A stretch of 64,000 bases of DNA. Origin: Gammaproteobacteria bacterium. Lineage in GTDB: Bacteria > Pseudomonadota > Gammaproteobacteria > Eutrophobiales > Eutrophobiaceae. Below the pieces are notes generated by a model, which saw nothing but the letters and a program-made list of their open reading frames with translations, had not been told where the DNA came from and did not search any database. Shown here piece after piece: positions 1 through 11,260 of this stretch (positions are counted from its first letter, which is position 1; every line of letters starts with the position of its first letter). The position numbers and the translations under genes were made by a program. The stretch covers positions 1,792,001-1,856,000 of the forward strand of contig CBDEUK010000002.1 in NCBI GenBank assembly GCA_965243205.1, read 5' to 3'.

Positions 1-450
1 TTCCGTTATTTTGATACTTGAAAGAGGGCTGCTCAGCAGAGCGACTTGTTGCTCATTGCATTTAGTAAGCAAACTTTCAGGCACTTCTTTATTTTCAGCA
101 ATAATGACACAGGCGGGCTCATTATTAAAAATTTGTCGGATAGCATCTTGCCGAGAGATATCTCTTAGGCCATTAAAATAATTGACCTCAGTCTCACCTA
201 AAACTTGGATTTGATGAGGATGAATAAGATTTAAATAGCCAACTAAAGAGCGAGGGTTTGATAGGGTGTTAATAGCGTTATTAGAATCTGATAGATCGTC
301 TTTTTCACTAAGGTTTTGATTGTGAGATGGTGTCTCAGGAAAGATCATTCTTTCGCCACCGTGATCACCAGCAACCCAATCTAATTTTAGCCGTTCTTGG
401 TGTTGTTCAAACAGAGTTTTAACTGGTATTTGATTCTGCGTTTCCTTCAT
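1..450 (-). CDS. hprK: HPr kinase/phosphorylase, N-terminal part (runs off the window start)
   Basis: Not in the ORF track. Manual translation from ATG at 450 gives MKETQNQIPVKTLFEQHQERLKLDWVAGDHGGER...LVGYLNLIHPHQIQVLGETE, the typical HprK N-terminus. It lies directly downstream of ptsN. Confidence 0.9.
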   Translation of the reverse strand, partial: MKETQNQIPVKTLFEQHQERLKLDWVAGDHGGERMIFPETPSHNQNLSEKDDLSDSNNAINTLSNPRSLVGYLNLIHPHQIQVLGETEVNYFNGLRDISRQDAIRQIFNNEPACVIIAENKEVPESLLTKCNEQQVALLSSPLSSIKITE

Positions 451-456
451 CACATT

Positions 457-903
457 TTATCCTGTCAATAATGTATAGATGGTCTCCTTATCCCTGGCTT
501 TGCGTAATTGTTCTACTAATGTTTGGTCACTAAATTTCTCAGCTAATTTAGCTAAAATTTCTAGATGTTCTTGTGTTGATTCTTCCGGCACTAGCAAACT
601 AAAAAATAAATCAACAGGTTGTGAGTCAGGAGCATCGTAATCCACTCCCTTGGCTATTTGTATAAAGGCAGCTATAGTCTTTTCATTATTTTCCATTCGA
701 CTGTGCGGGATAGCGATTCCATGGCCAAGTCCTGTGCTGCCTAAGCGTTCTCTTTGTATGAGCTGATTAAATACATCTTCATTTGAAAGCGAATCATTGG
801 CTTTACAAAGTAACTCGGATATTTTTTCTAAAGCAGATTTTTTACTATTTGCTTCAAATGCACATTCGATTTGTTCAATCGATAAAATATCTACAATTTG
901 CAT
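457..903 (-). CDS. ptsN: PTS nitrogen-regulatory IIA protein (EIIA-Ntr)
   Basis: RERLGSTGLGHGIAIPH phospho-His motif; located in the rpoN operon. Confidence 0.95.
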   Translation of the reverse strand: MQIVDILSIEQIECAFEANSKKSALEKISELLCKANDSLSNEDVFNQLIQRERLGSTGLGHGIAIPHSRMENNEKTIAAFIQIAKGVDYDAPDSQPVDLFFSLLVPEESTQEHLEILAKLAEKFSDQTLVEQLRKARDKETIYTLLTG

Positions 904-943
904 GGGTCTTACAACGATAACGAATTAAAAATATGAAAGTTTC

Positions 944-1270
944 TTATAGACCTTCTTGATTTTTTAATCCACCTTCAGCTTGGCGGTGGTCGGTCATTTT
1001 TTCCTTATGTTTTTTTACTTGGCGATCCAGTTTGTCGGTTAGAGAATCAATGGCAGCATACATACTTTCGTCTTCTGATTCTGCAAATAAGTTAGCGCCA
1101 TTTACATGTACAGTCGCTTCAGCTTTATGACGTTCTTTTTCAACGGAAAGTATAAAGTGCACATTAGTCATATTATCAAAATGGCGTTCTAGTCGTTCTA
1201 CTTTAGTTTTCACATAAGACTTTAAAGCATCGGTTACTTCTACATGATGGCCAGAGATATTTAATTGCAT
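944..1270 (-). CDS. hpf: Ribosome hibernation promoting factor
   Basis: MQLNISGHHVEVTDAL...MYAAID; lies between rpoN and ptsN. Confidence 0.95.
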   Translation of the reverse strand: MQLNISGHHVEVTDALKSYVKTKVERLERHFDNMTNVHFILSVEKERHKAEATVHVNGANLFAESEDESMYAAIDSLTDKLDRQVKKHKEKMTDHRQAEGGLKNQEGL

Positions 1271-1316
1271 ATGGTTAACTCCTTACAAATTATTGATTGA
1301 GTTATACAACGCCCAT

Positions 1317-2792
1317 TTATATTAAGCGTTTTCTTTCGTTTGATGGAGGGATCGACATTGCTTCTCGATATTTTGCGACTGTTCGTCTTGCAACTTTAAT
1401 TCCTTGTTCGGAAAGTAAGCCAGCAATTTTGCTATCACTTAATGGTTTGCTAGCTTCTTCTGCACTGATTAGCTTTTTAATTAAAGCCCTAATGGCTGTT
1501 GAAGAGGCAGCCCCTCCGTAATTTGTGCTGACATGGCTAGAGAAAAAATATTTTAATTCGAAAATTCCACGAGGTGTGTGCATATATTTTCGAGTTGTGA
1601 CTCGTGAAATGGTTGATTCATGCATACCAAGAATTTCAGCAATATCATGAAGCACTAAAGGCTTCATAGCTTCTTCACCATATTCAAGAAAGGCGCGTTG
1701 TCTTTCTACAATAGCTGTTGCGACTCTTAATAACGTTTCGCTACGACTTTGTAGGCTTTTAATAAACCAACGTGCTTCTTGTAAGTGCGTTTTTAAAGAG
1801 TTGTTATCAGCACTGTTATCAGATCGACGGATCATGCTGGCATAACTTGAGTTAATGCGTAATTGAGGTAAAGCTTCACCATTCAAATCAACTTTCCAAA
1901 CGCCTTTGACTTTTTTTACATAAACATCAGGTACAACATATTCAGTACGAGTTTCTTGTACCTGGCCACCTGGTCGAGGATTCATTGATTGAATTAACTC
2001 AACAACTTTTTGTAATTCTTCACGTTGCAATTTCATTTTTCTAAGCAGCGTATTGAAGTCGTGTGAACCAAGGGAGTCTAAATGATTTTTTACTAAATGG
2101 ATTGCCTCGGTTAGCCATTCAGTTTCTGGATCAAGTTGCGCCATTTGTAATAATAAGCATTCACGTAAATCTCTAGCTGCTACGCCAGTAGGATCCATAG
2201 CTTGGATTAAACGTAAAACGGCTTCTACTTCTTCGTTCTCTACTTCAGCTTCATCAGGTAAATCTAATGATTCTAGAATATCTTCATTTGTGCAGGTCAA
2301 ATAACCATCATCATCTAATGCATCAATGATAGCCACAGCAATGGCTTTATCGGTATCAGAAATGGGTGTTAAGTTTAATTGCCAAAGCAAGTGTTCTTGT
2401 ATCGATTTCTCTTGTGAATCTTGATTTTCAATTAAATTATAAGTTGAAGACTCAGCATTACTTTTATTGAAATTGGTTGAGCCGTCATAGATATCTTCCC
2501 AAGCACTATCAACGGGTAAGTCATCTGGGATATTGTCGGTGTCGCTCGAAGCTTCTTTTTCTTCTTTGGGTTTTAGTTCAGCATTCGCTTGTTCTTCAGG
2601 CGTTTCTTTATTGATCTTATGTTCAGCAGTGTAATCTTCAGAGACTTCTTCAAGCATCATATTCGATTCGAGTGCTTCTTGGACTTCTGCTTGCAACTCT
2701 AAACTCGAAAGCTGTAACAAGCGTATAGCTTGTTGAAGCTGAGGAGTCATGGTCAAGCTTTGACCCATTTTTATTTGTAATGATGTTTTCAT
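1317..2792 (-). CDS. rpoN: RNA polymerase sigma-54 factor
   Basis: [20 protein letters not shown] and RpoN box [10 protein letters not shown]. Confidence 0.98.
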   Translation of the reverse strand: MKTSLQIKMGQSLTMTPQLQQAIRLLQLSSLELQAEVQEALESNMMLEEVSEDYTAEHKINKETPEEQANAELKPKEEKEASSDTDNIPDDLPVDSAWEDIYDGSTNFNKSNAESSTYNLIENQDSQEKSIQEHLLWQLNLTPISDTDKAIAVAIIDALDDDGYLTCTNEDILESLDLPDEAEVENEEVEAVLRLIQAMDPTGVAARDLRECLLLQMAQLDPETEWLTEAIHLVKNHLDSLGSHDFNTLLRKMKLQREELQKVVELIQSMNPRPGGQVQETRTEYVVPDVYVKKVKGVWKVDLNGEALPQLRINSSYASMIRRSDNSADNNSLKTHLQEARWFIKSLQSRSETLLRVATAIVERQRAFLEYGEEAMKPLVLHDIAEILGMHESTISRVTTRKYMHTPRGIFELKYFFSSHVSTNYGGAASSTAIRALIKKLISAEEASKPLSDSKIAGLLSEQGIKVARRTVAKYREAMSIPPSNERKRLI

Positions 2793-2857
2793 AGGCTAAT
2801 TAGAACCTAGATATCCTTGTTATATATTGTTGTTATCTTATAGTTTAGTAAATTTTC

Positions 2858-3583
2858 TCAAAGACTGAACTCTTCGCCTAAATAAATTTTACGAACTTTG
2901 TCATTTGCCATAATTTCCTCAGGGGTTCCCTGAGCCAAAATCGCCCCTTCATTCACAATATATGCGCGATCACAGGTTCCAAGGGTTTCTCGAACGTTAT
3001 GATCGGTGATTAAAATGCCAATTCCGTGCCGGCTAAGATATTGTGTTATTCGCTGGATATCACTGATGGATATCGGGTCAATGCCTGCGAAGGGCTCGTC
3101 CAGTAGTAAAAATCTAGGTTCCGTTGCCAAAGCACGAGCGATTTCCAATCTTCTTCTTTCGCCACCAGAAAGGCTTGCACCTAGACTAGTTCTTATATGC
3201 GTTATATTGAACTCTCTGAGCAAGCTTTCCAAGCGTTTTCGTGCTTTTTCTTTTGTCAGTGTAGCTTGTAATTCTAGGATTGCCATGATGTTTTCTTCCA
3301 CTGTCATCTTTCGAAACACGGAAGAGTCTTGAGGTAAATAACCCAAACCCATTGCAGAACGTTGATCCATGGGTAATGGAGTTATTTCTACTTTGTTAAT
3401 GTGGATACTGCCACTATCGGGAGTTAATAAGCCCACAATCATATGAAAGCTAGTCGACTTCCCAGCACCGTTTGGCCCTAATAAGCCAACAATTTCACCG
3501 CTTTTTACGGATAGACTGATATCTTTAACCACTTTCCGTGAACGGAACTGTTTGGATAAATGGCGAACGGCCAGGACACTCAT
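2858..3583 (-). CDS. lptB: LPS export ABC transporter ATP-binding protein
   Basis: [39 protein letters not shown]. Confidence 0.97.
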   Translation of the reverse strand: MSVLAVRHLSKQFRSRKVVKDISLSVKSGEIVGLLGPNGAGKSTSFHMIVGLLTPDSGSIHINKVEITPLPMDQRSAMGLGYLPQDSSVFRKMTVEENIMAILELQATLTKEKARKRLESLLREFNITHIRTSLGASLSGGERRRLEIARALATEPRFLLLDEPFAGIDPISISDIQRITQYLSRHGIGILITDHNVRETLGTCDRAYIVNEGAILAQGTPEEIMANDKVRKIYLGEEFSL

Positions 3584-3603
3584 ACGATAACCGGGTTTTA
3601 TTA

Positions 3604-4164
3604 TTATTCAGCGTTTGGTTTTTTCTTTTGTTTTAAAATAATTTTCACTCGGCCACTATCACCTTTGTCTTTTTTGTCCTTATTCGCTTTTACGCGGCCT
3701 TTGCTAATAATTTTATTGGTTAGGGTATTGTATTCGATTTTATCACCCGTCATACGCGCGCCTTCTTGTTTCATCTCCGCTTTTTTGATCAAATACATTA
3801 AATTTTTTAAGGAATAATATTCGATACGCAAGGCTTCGGCTTCGTCTTTGATTTTGCTGTTATCAGGCATTTGTTCAAAGTGAGCAGGTTTACCAATGAC
3901 AATCATCGTATCCATATCACCCGCTTCGGTATAAGTAACGGTAAGTTCATCACCCATAACTTTCATTGAGCCTTGGGTAACGATGACATCGCCTCTATAA
4001 ATAGTGAGGCCTTTTTCATCGTCCAATTCAGCATAATCGGCTTCAACTTCTATCGGTTGGTTTTGATCACTCGATAAGGCTAAAGAGTTGTGTGAACAAG
4101 CAATGAAGCCAAGAGATAAAAAAACATAAAAACTATTTTTTAGGATTAATTCTGCCTTTAACAT
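3604..4164 (-). CDS. lptA: LPS transport periplasmic protein
   Basis: [23 protein letters not shown]; lies between lptC and lptB. Confidence 0.92.
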   Translation of the reverse strand: MLKAELILKNSFYVFLSLGFIACSHNSLALSSDQNQPIEVEADYAELDDEKGLTIYRGDVIVTQGSMKVMGDELTVTYTEAGDMDTMIVIGKPAHFEQMPDNSKIKDEAEALRIEYYSLKNLMYLIKKAEMKQEGARMTGDKIEYNTLTNKIISKGRVKANKDKKDKGDSGRVKIILKQKKKPNAE

Positions 4165-4702
4165 TATTCAGTAACTCTATTTTATTTTCATTCAAGTACG
4201 CTCTAATGCCTACACCTTCCATACGTGTTCTGCGACCTATAATAGTGGCATGTTCATCGGTTTCGATGAAATCTTCGTTGACCAGAATTCTTACTTCACT
4301 GGTATCCACTTGTAGTTGCAAAAATCCCTTAGGATCTTCCTGTCGTAGCTGTACTTTACCAGATAACAGTATTACTTCATTGTTCGCGGTAATCCAGCCT
4401 TTTTCAGACGTTATGATGGTTGGAGGCTTATCAACATTAAACAGTTCCAGTTTGGGCTGAATAAGCTCGGTGGAGTCATCATCGGGGTAGTGTGCCATGA
4501 ACGAGGCATACAATTTATTTTTTGGAGTGCCATCCAAGTTCATGGTTAAAGTCGAAAAATTTTCCAGATAGTAGTCTGGTGTATGATCTTTACGAATGTG
4601 TGTTTTGTCGGAATCGCTGATTTGACTGCCTAGCCAATACGATAATGCGGCGGTGAGAATAGCCAGTACTAAAGCGCCCAGCAAAAATTTCATACGATTC
4701 AT
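4133..4702 (-). CDS. lptC: LPS export protein
   Basis: N-terminal TM helix, PDYYLENF, HYPDDDST; synteny with lptA. Confidence 0.9.
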   Translation of the reverse strand: MNRMKFLLGALVLAILTAALSYWLGSQISDSDKTHIRKDHTPDYYLENFSTLTMNLDGTPKNKLYASFMAHYPDDDSTELIQPKLELFNVDKPPTIITSEKGWITANNEVILLSGKVQLRQEDPKGFLQLQVDTSEVRILVNEDFIETDEHATIIGRRTRMEGVGIRAYLNENKIELLNNVKGRINPKK

Positions 4703-4757
4703 AGGACAGCAATTCTAAAGGATATATCAGGAAAGGACAGAGCCGAAAATTTGTTAT

Positions 4758-4787
4758 AAAAAAAGCCAAACATTGGTTTGGCTTTTT
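4758..4787 (-). terminator. Intrinsic terminator after rpoH
   Basis: AAAAAGCCAAAC-attg-GTTTGGCTTTTT hairpin with A/T tracts on both sides. Confidence 0.85.
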
Positions 4788-4804
4788 AAACGTTAAGTTA
4801 GGAG

Positions 4805-5662
4805 TTAACTAGTCGGAGCCATCAAGCCTTTGATCTTAGAAAAAGCCATTTTTTCAACTTGGCGAACACGTTCTGCTGAGATGTCGTATTTATCAGCCAA
4901 ATCATTCAATGTGGCTTTTTTCTCATTGAGCCAGCGTTGTTGAATAATATCTTTAGAACGATCATCCAAGGTCATTAAGGCATTACTTAAGGCGTTTTGT
5001 GTGTGATTTTCTAACTGTGAAGCTTCCAAAGTCTGCTCAGGGTTGGCTTCATCATTTTCCAGATATTGCTCTGGTAAATACACATTATCGTCTTCATCGC
5101 TGGCAGGATTCAGGTCAAACGCCATATCGTTAGCACTCATGCGCATTTCCATCTCTTTTACGTCTTTGCTGGAAACACCTAAGTCTTTTGCTACGGCATC
5201 AACTTCTTCTTGGTTTAGCCAACCAAGACGTTTTTTTGAAGAACGTAGATTAAAGAATAATTTACGTTGCGCCTTAGTAGTGGCAACTTTGACGATACGC
5301 CAGTTTTTAAGGATGTATTCGTGCATTTCAGCACGGATCCAATGTACAGCGAAGGAAACTAGCCGTACTCCAACAGTCGGGTCAAAGCGTTTTACGGCTT
5401 TCATCAGCCCGATATTACCTTCTTGGATTAAATCAGCCTGCGGTAAACCATAACCAGAGTAGCCACGTGCGACGCGTACCACGAAGCGTAAATGTGACAT
5501 AACCAAACGACGAGCAGCTTCTAAATCATTGTTTTTCTGAAGTTTTTCGGCCAGATCGTACTCTTCCTCTTGCGTTAGCATAGGAATATGGTTCACGCTG
5601 CTGATATAGGTATCCAGTGAACCCGTCGGCAGAGCCAAAGTCATGTTGGTTAAATTCGTCAT
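4805..5662 (-). CDS. rpoH: RNA polymerase sigma-32 factor
   Basis: [19 protein letters not shown] and RpoH box QRKLFFNLR. Start moved to ATG 5662 (GGGAG upstream); the ORF-track start is 5695. Confidence 0.97.
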   Translation of the reverse strand: MTNLTNMTLALPTGSLDTYISSVNHIPMLTQEEEYDLAEKLQKNNDLEAARRLVMSHLRFVVRVARGYSGYGLPQADLIQEGNIGLMKAVKRFDPTVGVRLVSFAVHWIRAEMHEYILKNWRIVKVATTKAQRKLFFNLRSSKKRLGWLNQEEVDAVAKDLGVSSKDVKEMEMRMSANDMAFDLNPASDEDDNVYLPEQYLENDEANPEQTLEASQLENHTQNALSNALMTLDDRSKDIIQQRWLNEKKATLNDLADKYDISAERVRQVEKMAFSKIKGLMAPTS

Positions 5663-5710
5663 AAAAGCGGTATTTCTCCCAAAATAGATAAACAAACTAT
5701 AGTGCTATTT

Positions 5711-5737
5711 TTAGCACTCTGCAAATAAGAGTGCTAA
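5711..5737. promoter_or_regulatory. CIRCE element (HrcA operator) upstream of rpoH
   Basis: Exact match TTAGCACTC-tgcaaataa-GAGTGCTAA to the consensus TTAGCACTC-N9-GAGTGCTAA. Confidence 0.95.
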
Positions 5738-5759
5738 TTAGGAAAGAAGTTCCAATGAT

Positions 5760-6731
5760 TTACTGAGGTTCTATCTGCCTGATATGTTGTTCCACGGAGA
5801 TCCATGAACCGAATAGTCCTAAGAAGCTGCCGATTAGGATAAGTGAGGCAATTTCTAGAATGTTTAGGTATGCAATATCAATGGTATCGCTGTATAGACC
5901 AGCAAGATGGTTGATAGAAGGCATCAATAGGATTAAAGAGACACCTACAAATACAACAGCTATAACGCTGCCAATAAAACCATACCAAAAGCCCGCATAC
6001 AAAAACGGTCGTTGAATAAAACCATTGGTGCCACCGAATAGTTTTATAATTTCGATTTCTTGGCGTTTATTATTGATGTTTAAGCGTATGGTATTGCCAA
6101 CAATCAGTAATACACCAACGGCAAGTAAGGCTGAAATGATATAAACACCTTTACGAATAATTTCGACGATCTGTTGTAAACGTAGTAACCATTGGCGATC
6201 CAATACAACAGTATCGATCATTTCATTAGTTTCGAGTTCTTTGATAAAAGAATCTAATGAGTCGATAGATTTAGATTCATTATCAATATCGATAAGTAAT
6301 ACTGCAGGTAATGGGTTTTCTTCTAACATGTCTAAGGCATTCGAAAAACCGGACAAGCTTTTGTATTCTTCTAGTGCGTCTTGCTCAGACATATAAATAA
6401 TGTCGTTTACTAGTTTTAATGTTTTTAGTTCGTCGATCAGTTCGTCTTTAATTGTTTGATCAATGTTTGGTTTTAAAAATGCACTAACTTCAATGGATGC
6501 ATCCCAATTTTGAGTTAAACGTTCTGCGTTATGTAGCAGCACATAAAAACCTGTTGGTAACGTTAAGGCAATACCAATCACAGAACATGTTAATAAAGTA
6601 TTAAACGGCTTTTTCCATAACTGGCCTAAACTGAACACCAACGATTGTATGTGTTGTAATAAATATCCAACCAAGCCTGGCTTTTTATTTTTAATGTCTG
6701 GTGGGCTAGTTATTTGTTCAGACATCAGCAT
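5760..6731 (-). CDS. ftsX: Cell division permease FtsX
   Basis: ENPLP, GNTIRL, FIQRPFLYAG. Start likely ATG 6731 or 6725, overlapping the ftsE end. Confidence 0.95.
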   Translation of the reverse strand: MLMSEQITSPPDIKNKKPGLVGYLLQHIQSLVFSLGQLWKKPFNTLLTCSVIGIALTLPTGFYVLLHNAERLTQNWDASIEVSAFLKPNIDQTIKDELIDELKTLKLVNDIIYMSEQDALEEYKSLSGFSNALDMLEENPLPAVLLIDIDNESKSIDSLDSFIKELETNEMIDTVVLDRQWLLRLQQIVEIIRKGVYIISALLAVGVLLIVGNTIRLNINNKRQEIEIIKLFGGTNGFIQRPFLYAGFWYGFIGSVIAVVFVGVSLILLMPSINHLAGLYSDTIDIAYLNILEIASLILIGSFLGLFGSWISVEQHIRQIEPQ

Positions 6732-7401
6732 ACTCTTCGGTTGCATGGCCAGGCAGGATGCGCCCATCACGCAGAATGACAATATGTTTATTCATTTTTC
6801 GCAACATATCCATATCATGACTTGCGACTAATACCGTTACACCCACTTGATTGAATTGTTCAAACAATTTCATAATTTCTAAAGATAAACCTGGGTCTAA
6901 ATTTCCTGTTGGTTCATCAGCTAACAAAATAGTCGGTCGATGCACTACTGCTCTTGCAATACCGACACGTTGTTGTTCACCGCTGGATAGAGTGATAGGT
7001 AACGATCGTTGTTTATTTAATAAACCGACTTTGTCTAATGCTGCTTGAACGCGTTTGCGAATTTCTAAATGTGAAAAGCCACTAACGATGAGTGGCAAGG
7101 AGACATTATCAAAAACGGTTCGGTCATTTAGTAAACGATGGTCTTGAAAGGTATAGCCAATGTTGCGACGGAATAATGCAATATTACTTCCACGGATCTT
7201 ATCGAGGTTTTGGCCGTTTACAATGATCTGTCCATGACTGCTGCGATCGATCAAACCTATGAGCCTAAGTAAGGTTGATTTACCCGCGCCTGAACGCCCA
7301 GCAATAAACGCCATTGCGCCTTGTTCAACGAACAAGTTAACGTTGTGTAAGGCTTCATGTCCGCCTGGATAGCTCATGAAGACATCACTGAATTGAATCA
7401 T
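6718..7401 (-). CDS. ftsE: Cell division ATP-binding protein FtsE
   Basis: GRSGAGKST, GEQQRVGIARA, ADEPTGNLD; lies between ftsY and ftsX. Confidence 0.96.
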   Translation of the reverse strand: MIQFSDVFMSYPGGHEALHNVNLFVEQGAMAFIAGRSGAGKSTLLRLIGLIDRSSHGQIIVNGQNLDKIRGSNIALFRRNIGYTFQDHRLLNDRTVFDNVSLPLIVSGFSHLEIRKRVQAALDKVGLLNKQRSLPITLSSGEQQRVGIARAVVHRPTILLADEPTGNLDPGLSLEIMKLFEQFNQVGVTVLVASHDMDMLRKMNKHIVILRDGRILPGHATEEYADV

Positions 7402-8384
7402 TGATCAAAACTCATTAACGCATCGACAAATGATGCAGGTTCAAAAACTCTTAAATCATCAACGCCTTCACCAACACCGATAAAGCGAATCGGTATTTTT
7501 AATTCATTAGCCAAAGCGAATATTACTCCGCCTTTAGCAGTGCCATCGAGCTTGGTTAACACAATACCATCGATACCAATATCATTATGAAATTGACGAG
7601 CTTGGATTAACGCGTTTTGCCCAGTAGTTGAATCTAATACCAATAAAACTTCTGGTGTTAAATCTGCATTAAATTTATTGATTACACGACGGACTTTTTT
7701 CAGTTCTTCCATCAAGTTATCTTTGTTGTGTAAGCGACCAGCTGTATCAGCGATTAAGACATCAATATTTTTTGCATTAGCAGACTCTAAAGCATCAAAT
7801 AGTACGGCTGCGGAATCAGAACCATGGGTTTGTGCGACCACGGATACATCATTGCGATCGCCCCATACTTTGAGTTGTTCTACGGCAGCTGCGCGAAAGG
7901 TATCCCCTGCTGCCAGCATTACTGATTTGCCATCGTTTTGAATTCTTTTGGCTAATTTGCCAATCGTTGTTGTTTTACCGACCCCATTGACACCGATCAT
8001 CATAACGATCGCAGGTTTTTGATCGTTAGGAAGTTGTAGCGGTGCATAAACGGGTTCTAGTAGAGATTTCAAAATCGATTTGAGCTCTGAAAACAGTTCG
8101 TCCCCAGTAGCAATGCGTTTTTGCTTTACAGTTTTGCGTAAGGTTTCCATGATTGTTGCAGTGGTTTCCATGCCTACGTCCGCCATAATTAAATTATCTT
8201 CCATTTCATCCAGTTCAACATCCGAGATAGTTTTGCTGCGACTGAATAAATCGGTGATGCTGGAGAATAAACCACCTCGGGTTTTCTTTAAGCCTTCATC
8301 AAGTGATTTGGTAGAACTACTGTCGTTCTGATCAGTATTGGTTTGTGCGGTTTCAGTTTTATTTTTTTTCTTGAATCCAAACAT
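7398..8384 (-). CDS. ftsY: Signal recognition particle receptor FtsY
   Basis: GVNGVGKTTTIGKLA, DTFRAAA, DTAGRL, TKLDGTAKGG. Confidence 0.98.
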   Translation of the reverse strand: MFGFKKKNKTETAQTNTDQNDSSSTKSLDEGLKKTRGGLFSSITDLFSRSKTISDVELDEMEDNLIMADVGMETTATIMETLRKTVKQKRIATGDELFSELKSILKSLLEPVYAPLQLPNDQKPAIVMMIGVNGVGKTTTIGKLAKRIQNDGKSVMLAAGDTFRAAAVEQLKVWGDRNDVSVVAQTHGSDSAAVLFDALESANAKNIDVLIADTAGRLHNKDNLMEELKKVRRVINKFNADLTPEVLLVLDSTTGQNALIQARQFHNDIGIDGIVLTKLDGTAKGGVIFALANELKIPIRFIGVGEGVDDLRVFEPASFVDALMSFDQ

Positions 8385-8553
8385 CGTTTGTATAAAGCTA
8401 ATTAGGTTTGATGTATTGTAACGTTGTTGTAATCGGAACTACTAACGATTGCTGAGTCTAAAGTTCCTAACATGACGCATCATGCATAAAAGTATATGTC
8501 CTGATCATAATCGACTAACCATTAAAACACTATCAGCTTGTTTGGAGGATTTT

Positions 8554-9942
8554 GTGAAAAAAGCGTTATTGATTGTATTTTGCTCGATGTTATTCTCGAG
8601 CCTAGTCCAAGCGAATAATCCCACATCCGAATTCATTTTAGAAAATGGCCTAAAACTTATTGTTAAAGAAGACCGCAGAGCACCAGTAGTGGTTTCTCAA
8701 GTTTGGTATAAAGTTGGCGCCAGTTATGAACCTAGTGGACTGACCGGTATTTCTCATGCTTTGGAACATATGATGTTCAAAGGCACAGAAAAATACCCGA
8801 ATGGTGAGTTTTCCAGAATCATCTCAGAAAATGGTGGTCGCGATAATGCGTTTACAGGTGCCGATTACACCGCATATTTCCAAACACTTGAGAAATCCCG
8901 TCTACCTATTAGCTTTGAACTTGAGGCTGATCGCATGCGTAATCTATTGTTCGATGAAGCAGAGTTTCTAAAAGAAATCGAAGTGGTAAAAGAAGAACGA
9001 CGTTGGCGAACAGAAGATAAACCAACTTCGTTTTTATACGAAACAGCCAAAGCGACGGCTTTTCAAACCAGTCCTTATCATAATCCTATTGTAGGTTGGA
9101 TGAGCGATTTAGATGCCATGACCATTGAAGACATCGAAGCATGGTATCGAAAATGGTATGCACCGAATAATGCGATTGTGGTTGTAGTCGGCGACGTCGA
9201 TACCCAAGAAGTCTTAGGGTTAGCAAAAAAGTATTTTGAACCGTTAAAACCTGAAACGATAACCCCCCCAAAAGATATACCTGAAGTTCCTCAATTAGGT
9301 ATGAAACGCGTTAATGTAAAACGTCCAGCAGAACTACCCAGTTTACTATTAATGTATAAGACCCCTGTTTACGCTAATACCTTAATAAAAAATAGCGACG
9401 TTGCAGAAAAAGATATCTACGCCTTAGAAGTTTTAGCTGGTATTTTGGATGGCGGCAACAGTGCCCGCTTTTCATCAAACTTAGTTAGAGGACAAGAAAT
9501 TGCTGCATCAGTTGGTGCTTATTATGGAATGGCTAGTCGTTTAGACGATGTGTTTACAATCAGTGGTACGCCTGTGCAAGATAAAGATGTGATTCAATTA
9601 GAAACTGCAATTAAAGCGGAGTTAGAAAAACTTAAAACGGAACTTGTTACTCAAGAAGAATTGGATCGTGTAAAGGCACAAGTTGTTTCATCAGAAGTGT
9701 ATGAGAGAGATTCTGTATTTGGGCAAGCAATGGTATTAGGTTTATTAGAGACGGTTGGTTTGGATTGGAAACTTACAGATGAGTATGTTCAAAAGATTCA
9801 AGCAGTCACCGCAGAGGATATTATGGTAGTCGCAAAAAAATATTTTATCGACGATGTTCTAACCGTTGCGACACTCGATCCGCAACCGATCGATCCTAAT
9901 TCAAGAAAAGCTCGCCCTAGAGGATTACGTCATGCCCAATAG
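8554..9942 (+). CDS. M16 family zinc peptidase, catalytic subunit
   Basis: HALEH (HxxEH) motif and signal peptide. GTG start at 8554 follows GGAGG. Confidence 0.93.
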   Translation: MKKALLIVFCSMLFSSLVQANNPTSEFILENGLKLIVKEDRRAPVVVSQVWYKVGASYEPSGLTGISHALEHMMFKGTEKYPNGEFSRIISENGGRDNAFTGADYTAYFQTLEKSRLPISFELEADRMRNLLFDEAEFLKEIEVVKEERRWRTEDKPTSFLYETAKATAFQTSPYHNPIVGWMSDLDAMTIEDIEAWYRKWYAPNNAIVVVVGDVDTQEVLGLAKKYFEPLKPETITPPKDIPEVPQLGMKRVNVKRPAELPSLLLMYKTPVYANTLIKNSDVAEKDIYALEVLAGILDGGNSARFSSNLVRGQEIAASVGAYYGMASRLDDVFTISGTPVQDKDVIQLETAIKAELEKLKTELVTQEELDRVKAQVVSSEVYERDSVFGQAMVLGLLETVGLDWKLTDEYVQKIQAVTAEDIMVVAKKYFIDDVLTVATLDPQPIDPNSRKARPRGLRHAQ

Positions 9943-11260
9943 TTTTTTTGTATTTTTGTTTTTGACCTTTGCGCAAATTAACTTTGCGAAAGCAAATGTC
10001 GAAATCCAAACGTGGAAAACCGACAATGGTAGCAAAGTCTTATTTGTAGAAAGTCATCAATTACCGATGATGGATTTACAAATTATATTTGATGCAGGTT
10101 CAGCAAGAGATGGCAATAAAGCTGGCACAGCTTTAATGACAAATGCTTTGTTGGCTGAAGGAGCTGCTGGTAAGAATGTTGATGACATCAGCAAAGCTTT
10201 CGAATCTTTAGGTGCACAGTATAGTAGTGATGCTGGTTATGATTCTGCTTCGGTTGGTCTACGCAGTTTGTCGGATAAAGAAAAGCTAACTTCTGCTCTC
10301 AATACCTTGATCGATGTAATGAGTAAGCCTGAGTTTCCAGAAGTATCTTTTGAACGTGAACGTAAAAGAGCGTTAATCGGTATTCAAAGTAAAAAACAAT
10401 CACCACAAGCTTTGGCCAGTGAGGCTTTTTATGCAGCACTCTACGGTGATCATCCTTATGCAAAACCAAATGAAGGTACAGAAGAATCTATTAATACTCT
10501 TAGCATTGATGACTTAAAAAGCTTTCATAAAAAACATTATGTTGCTAAGAATGCGGTCATTGCTATGGTTGGTGACCTCACTCGACAACAAGCCGAGACC
10601 ATAGCAAATCAATTATCCAATTCGATTCCTGCGGGTGAAGCGATGCCTGCCATTCCTGAAGTTAATGCTTTAGATGCTGCGAAGACAGAATTTATTGAAC
10701 ATCCATCGGGTCAAATGCATTTGTTAGTTGGTCAGCCAGGAGTAAAGCGTGGTGATCCAGATTACTTTACATTATATGTTGGTAATCATGTATTAGGTGG
10801 GGGCGGCATGGTGTCACGTTTATTTAAAGATATTCGTGAGAAACGTGGTTTAACCTACAGTGTCTATAGTTACTTTAGCCCGATGCGAGAAGCAGGGCCT
10901 TTCATAGCTGGTTTGCCAACACGTGCGGACCAAGCTGACGAAGCATTAAAGTATCTATACGAAAACATTCAGCGTTATATTGATGATGGACCTACGGAAG
11001 AAGAATTAATTGCCAGTAAGAAAAATATTACTGGAGGTTTTCCTTTGCGTATTGATAGTAATGGAAAAATCTTAGGCTATATTTCAGTGATAGGTTTTTA
11101 TGATCTACCGTTAGATTATCTCAGTACCTTTAATCAAAATATTGAAGCAGTTACTGTTGAACAAATCAAAGATGCATTTAAACGGCGTTTACATCCAGAT
11201 AAATTTGTCACGATTAAAGTAGGCCCAAAAACGAGTTCTGAAACGGAGAGCGATAGTTAA
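9932..11260 (+). CDS. M16 family peptidase, non-catalytic partner subunit
   Basis: M16 motifs (SRLFKDIREKRGLTYSV) without HxxEH; overlaps the upstream M16 gene. Confidence 0.9.
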   Translation: MPNSFFVFLFLTFAQINFAKANVEIQTWKTDNGSKVLFVESHQLPMMDLQIIFDAGSARDGNKAGTALMTNALLAEGAAGKNVDDISKAFESLGAQYSSDAGYDSASVGLRSLSDKEKLTSALNTLIDVMSKPEFPEVSFERERKRALIGIQSKKQSPQALASEAFYAALYGDHPYAKPNEGTEESINTLSIDDLKSFHKKHYVAKNAVIAMVGDLTRQQAETIANQLSNSIPAGEAMPAIPEVNALDAAKTEFIEHPSGQMHLLVGQPGVKRGDPDYFTLYVGNHVLGGGGMVSRLFKDIREKRGLTYSVYSYFSPMREAGPFIAGLPTRADQADEALKYLYENIQRYIDDGPTEEELIASKKNITGGFPLRIDSNGKILGYISVIGFYDLPLDYLSTFNQNIEAVTVEQIKDAFKRRLHPDKFVTIKVGPKTSSETESDS

